A DNA stretch of 64,000 bases from positions 186,001 to 250,000 of the forward strand of contig NIVC01001203.1 of assembly GCA_002269645.1 (NCBI GenBank), read 5' to 3'. The notes under the pieces were generated by a model. The model ran no database searches. It was given only the letters and a program-made list of their open reading frames with translations, and was not told the DNA's origin. Numbering within the stretch: the first letter of the stretch is position 1; the number at the start of each line of letters is the position of its first letter. The position numbers and the translations under genes were made by a program. The stretch is from Macrostomum lignano. Its lineage: Eukaryota. Below are positions 59,218 through 64,000 of the stretch, piece by piece.

Positions 59218-62200
59218 TGTAACGGTTTGGAAATTCTGTAATTCAAATCTAGTTTATTTACATGGTGTATTTTAACTTTATTCAAATCCTTAGCTGTTTA
59301 GATTACGTGCGTAATTATTCTAGGGTTTTAATATTACGTATTTTGTTAATTTGGTTTTCGTTTCCAAGAAATGCGACTCATAATTTTAACATGTAGTTTC
59401 TAGTCTTTTTCTGCAAGCGTGTGGCAGCCTGGGACGTAGATCAACCTAGCATGTACGTGAGATACAATAATTATAATCAGAGCCGATCACCAGTGTACGC
59501 ATTCATACTAAGACAGTAAGATTTCTTATGCTCCGAGTATAGTAAATCGTCCAGGACTGACAGACGTATCTGCTGAACCATATACGTTGCTAATACTCTC
59601 TCTTCGCTAGTAATATTAAATATACCGGACTCGTTACATCAATTTGGAGGTCCCACCACCGAACTCTTCATATCAGTCATCATCATCAGGCGTCCGTCAG
59701 CATTCAGGCTCCCATCCTCATCAGGCACTGCGACACGAGAATTTTGGCCGGGTACACAATAGCCATCTGCAACCGCAACCAGGTCCTACACTACAGTATT
59801 GCGGCGAGGCTGAGGCAGCACAATTTCGTTTCAACTTGTCTAAAACCGCGTGAGTCAGCTCTACATCTAGACCCAAGGCCAAGCGAAAACAGTCAATACG
59901 TTCGTAGCTACGGCGCGTCAAAACCCCAGCCGGTCAACTCAGCGTAAACAACACTCAACTGTTCTGAGGCCCGTATAAGCTGCCGACTGAACCGCGAGAC
60001 CACCACCCCAGCGGCAGCCACCCCTAAAAGCCACAGCCAATCCGGTCCAAGCGGCAGTACGGCAGGACGGCAGTCTGTACATTGTACTCCACGGCCAATA
60101 ACCTCCAAGAGTTTCATCACAGTTGTGAGTGTGGTTGCTTCATTTTGGGCTGTTTAGCTGAGCTTACCTGGCTGTTCAAAGGTGTGTACGCGTGTAGGTT
60201 TTTTTCTTCCTTTCCTCTCTGTAATCTTAGTCTTCACTTTGCACTGGCACACCTCTTTTTTCTCTCAATATGTCTGTAGAGCAATCAGCCACTGGAACTC
60301 AAGGCGCACCTCTGGTGGGTGAACCCATAAAGCTGCCTGAGACTGAGAAGGCTCAAAATGAAGCCGAGTTAAACCAAATTGCTACTGAGAGTAGCGTGGG
60401 TGCTATTTTAGGAAGTCTTGACAGAACGCTGGGCAACTTGGATGCTAAGCTTGACTATGCGAGAGTGCCTGAGGCAAAGCTGAAAGCCCCACCTTGCTAC
60501 CACCCTAAAATCAGATTTGAGCTCTGGGAGACACAACTCCGGGCCTATTTAAGCGTTAACAGAGTTCAGCGGGAGCACTGTGGCGGTGTTCTTTTCTCTC
60601 TACTATCGCCAGAAGTCCAAGAGTTTTACTACAATAGCAAACTACAGGATCTAGCTTTTCCAGCAGCATTAGAAGCTCTCCGCGAGCGGTACACGGACTC
60701 TAGCAGTGCCGATAAATTTTACATTGAGCTGACAGTTGCCCACCAAGCTGATGGCGAAGGAATTCAAGAATTCTGTGACCGTCTTGTAGCCCTAGCCACC
60801 GCAGCTAAAATTTCTGCTCCACACAGCGATCCTTTGGTTCGGTCACGTTTTTGTTATGGAGTTCTAGACAAAAATCTAGCTGAGAAACTAATTACAATGA
60901 CCCAGGAGTCACCCAAAGCAACCCTTCAAGACCTCCTGAAGAAAGCCAAAAGTTTTCTAGACATTCAGATGCTGCTGAAACCGACTGAGACAAGCAAGAT
61001 CCGGCAGTTAGAAGTAGACGAGATAAGCCGACTCAAAAACAGGATCCAAGAACTTGAGACAGAAGCCAAGCAGAGGGGCAAGTTCGAACACGAATTTAAT
61101 AGCCAGCCTACTGGGGGATTTAGACCACAGGCTTTGCACACTGCCACTGATAAACCACCGAGGTACAATGCGCCTATCACGGGCAGGCACGCAGGCAAGC
61201 GGCACTGCTTCAGGTGCGGTTCAGCTGATCACCTGGTAGCAGAGTGCCCTGGCTCAGGTGCACCTGAAAACGGTAAATTTTCATGGCGCCACCCGAGGCA
61301 GCCCATACAGAAAGGCTCAGCTAAAGTGGAAAAAGAGCTGGGTAGAATTTCCTACTGGTCAAATGCCTACGGATTCATCCAGTCTCTGCCTCTGGGAGAT
61401 TCTGTTTTCGTACACTTCTCGCAGCTCAGCAGCGAGTTAAAGGATCTTGTCCCCGCCCATCAGATTGTCGGAGCGCCCGTAGAGTTTATCCGGCTAGCCG
61501 ACAAGGGCAAGAAAAACGACCGTGCTGTTGATGTTGTGTGTAGTAACCAGGATGTCCGGTGCAGCCAAACCGTGTCTAGGGCAGAATCCTCCAGCTCCGG
61601 GTACTACCTGCAGGCCACTGTGGGAGACATTAAGCTGATTGGGTGTCTAGATAGTGGTTCAAATGCATCCATCATCAGCCCAGAAATTCGGGACAAACTG
61701 TTAGCAGCCGATCCTATCAATAATCGCTTCACGGCTGCAACTACAGTGCAGTCAGCTTCGGGATTCAATGGTGCCTCCAGCCGAATCCTTGGCAAGTTAG
61801 TTTGCGAGGTTCAAGTAGCGAATGAGACAAAGCCGCACGTTTTCCTAGTCATAGAACACTCGATCTCCGACACTCTCTTTGGGATCGACTTCATGCGGAA
61901 TTTCCAGATTAATTTATTGGTGGCAGAGGGTCGAGCGACGGCTGGAGGTGAGCTTATTCCTGTCATCGAAGGGGACAGTAGCATCTTCCAAGTCAAGAGA
62001 GTGCTGGCGGCTTGCAATGTCGAACTCCCGCCCAGGTCGGAGACTCTAATCCCTGGGAGGGTGATAGACAGTCAGCCTAACACCTGCGGCTCCGTGGGTG
62101 GCAAGATTTTTGCGAACGACTCGAGCCTCTTAATAGCACACTCGGTAGACCAAGTAAACAGTTCCAATCACATCTTGCTGCGGGTCTTAAACACCAGTGA

Positions 62201-64000
62201 AGAACCAGTATCACTCAGAAGAGAAGATGAAATGGGATCCTTCCAGCAGTTGGGGCCAAACGAGACAATCAGTAAAACTTCAATTTCTGAAAAAGACTTT
62301 AAAATCGAAAACACTGATCAGCTCCTTAGAAAACTCAATCAGCTGCCTAGTCCAGATGAAGGTACAGCGAAGTGGCTATCAAACCAGTTTCGCCTAACGG
62401 AGTCCAAACTCAGCGAGGAACAGTTGGGAACTACACTGAAAATGCTTAACTATTTCTTAAGTCAAATCTCTCGTAGTGAGCACGATATCTCGAGAACCCA
62501 ATTGCATGAACTAGCTATCGAACTGAAAGACCCTAGCTGTAGGCCGATCACGCAGCCATCACGCCGCACCACCCCGGCTCAAAAAGATTTCCTTGACAAA
62601 TATATAGAACAGCTAGTGGAGCAGGGCATAGTAGAAGAGTGTGATTCCGAGTGGGCCTCACCAATTGTCTTAGTCAAAAAGAAGGACCAGTCTTACAGAA
62701 TGTGTGTTGACTACAGAGCGGTCAACAAGCTAATAAAGCCGTGTAGCTTTCCGCTCCCATTAATGGATGAAACGTTTGATAGCCTTGCCGACTCTACCAT
62801 CTTTTCAACACTAGATTTAACAAGTGCATACTGGCAGGTAGGAATTAGAGAGCAAGACCGAGACATTACGGCTTTTTCTTGCCCCCAGGGCACATTCCGT
62901 TGGCGAGTTGTGCCATACGGTATCAAAACGGCACCATCTAACTTTGCTAAGCTGATGCACCGTGTGCTCAAACCCTTGCTGATGAGAGTTAGCCTCGTCT
63001 ATCTTGACGACGTCATTATCAAAGCTCGAACTAGTAGCGAAATGATAACAAACCTAGCGCTGGTGTTTTGGCAACTACAAAAGGCAAACCTAAAAATTAA
63101 GCCAGCAAAATGCGAGCTTTTCAGGGAAAAACTAAAGTTTTTAGGATTTGTAGTATCGGCGGATGGAATCGAGACGGACCCCAGCAAAACAGAGGCCGTC
63201 CAGAGTTGGTGTAGGCCAAAGACAGGGAAACAACTCTTGTCATTCTTAAATTTTGCCAACTATTACCGTAAATTCGTGCCAAAATTCTCGATCATAGCAG
63301 CTCCACTGTACGCTATCGCTAACTCCGATAGGTTTCACTGGGAAGAAAAGCACGAAGAAGCTTTCAAACAGTTAAAGGACAGTCTCTGCAATCCTCCAAC
63401 CTGGCGTACCCGGATATGCGTCCAGAAGCCGGCCCCTTCGTGCTAGACTGTGACAGCTCTGGCCTGGGGGTGGGAGGAGTCCTGTCCCAGGTTGGCAAAG
63501 CTGGTAAAGAGCATGTGATAGCATTCGCTTCGAAGAAGTTCAACAATGCACAAAGAAATTATTGTGCAACAATGCGCGAGCTGCTCGGTTTGATTATCAT
63601 GCTAGAGCAGTTCCGCACTTACCTCTTAGACAGGCCTTTCGTCGTCCGAACTGACGCCGTGGCGCTTAAATGGCTTCATTCCAAAAAACACGCTACGGGA
63701 ATGCTAGCCCAGTGGCTTGTGATCCTAGAGCCTTACAACTTTAGCGTTGAGCAGACGCCGCTGGAACGCTTGGCAGACTTTGACTTCTCCGTGGAACATA
63801 GGCCTGGGGAGAGCCACATTAATGCCGACATTCTCAGTCGCAATCCCAAATTCCGTCCGGACCATTTCGACTGCCCATCTTGCTCTCGTATTCCAGAGTT
63901 TCAGGCCAGGTTCGGATGCCAAAGTAGCGCCGTTAGAGCCGTTAAAATAGGCTGTGCTAAATTAGAAAAGCACGAGGCTTCGACTCAAACCGAAGGTACA
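59218..64000 (+). mobile_element. Ty3/Gypsy LTR retrotransposon, 5' part; 5' LTR 59218-59638; runs off the window
   Basis: LTR TGTAACG...CGTTACA; PBS TGGAGGTCCCACC at ~59645, complementary to the tRNA-Gln 3' end; gag-pol downstream. Confidence 0.93.
60270..64000 (+). CDS. Gypsy gag-pol: Gag, CCHC knuckle, cold-shock domain, protease, RT, RNase H; one frameshift near 63400; incomplete at the window end
   Basis: CFRCGSADHLVAEC; YGFIQ..VFVHFS; CLDSGS; RMCVDYR; YLDDVII. After the shift, LAYPD..FVLDCDSS..GGVLSQ..RNYCATMRELL..HRPGESHINADILSR stays open to 64000. Confidence 0.9.

Overview
Repeat-rich animal genomic DNA with spliceosomal introns. It is an invertebrate; the style suggests a flatworm such as Macrostomum, but that is only a guess. 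Left to right: (1) at least 12 apparently identical copies of a highly self-complementary 271-bp unit running into a (TATC)n tract; (2) two paralogous two-exon DXD glycosyltransferase (GT32/Gly_transf_sug-like) genes, separated by a decayed RNase H-containing LINE and a Tc1/mariner-type MITE inserted into the TATA box of copy 2; (3) a compact gene for a 75-aa secreted peptide; (4) a 2xEGF type I membrane receptor gene with a possible ITIM-bearing splice form, bracketed by inverted Gypsy 3' ends; (5) a complete 8-exon epsin gene and a 2-exon SAMD1/atherin-like gene (winged helix + SAM), with different minisatellites in their introns; (6) a nested stack. In the stack, a CORE-type SINE is interrupted by a Polinton/Maverick (adintovirus-like) element with an intact minor capsid gene and a split major capsid gene. 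An intact young BEL/Pao retrotransposon sits in the Polinton's terminal repeats, and a Ty3/Gypsy element sits in its major capsid gene. The Gypsy polyprotein carries an unexpected cold-shock (CSD/OB-fold) RNA-binding domain next to its CCHC knuckle. The CSD-Gypsy, the endogenous virus-like element and the structured 271-bp array are the best leads. All domain and family calls are by motif recognition from memory; no searches were run.
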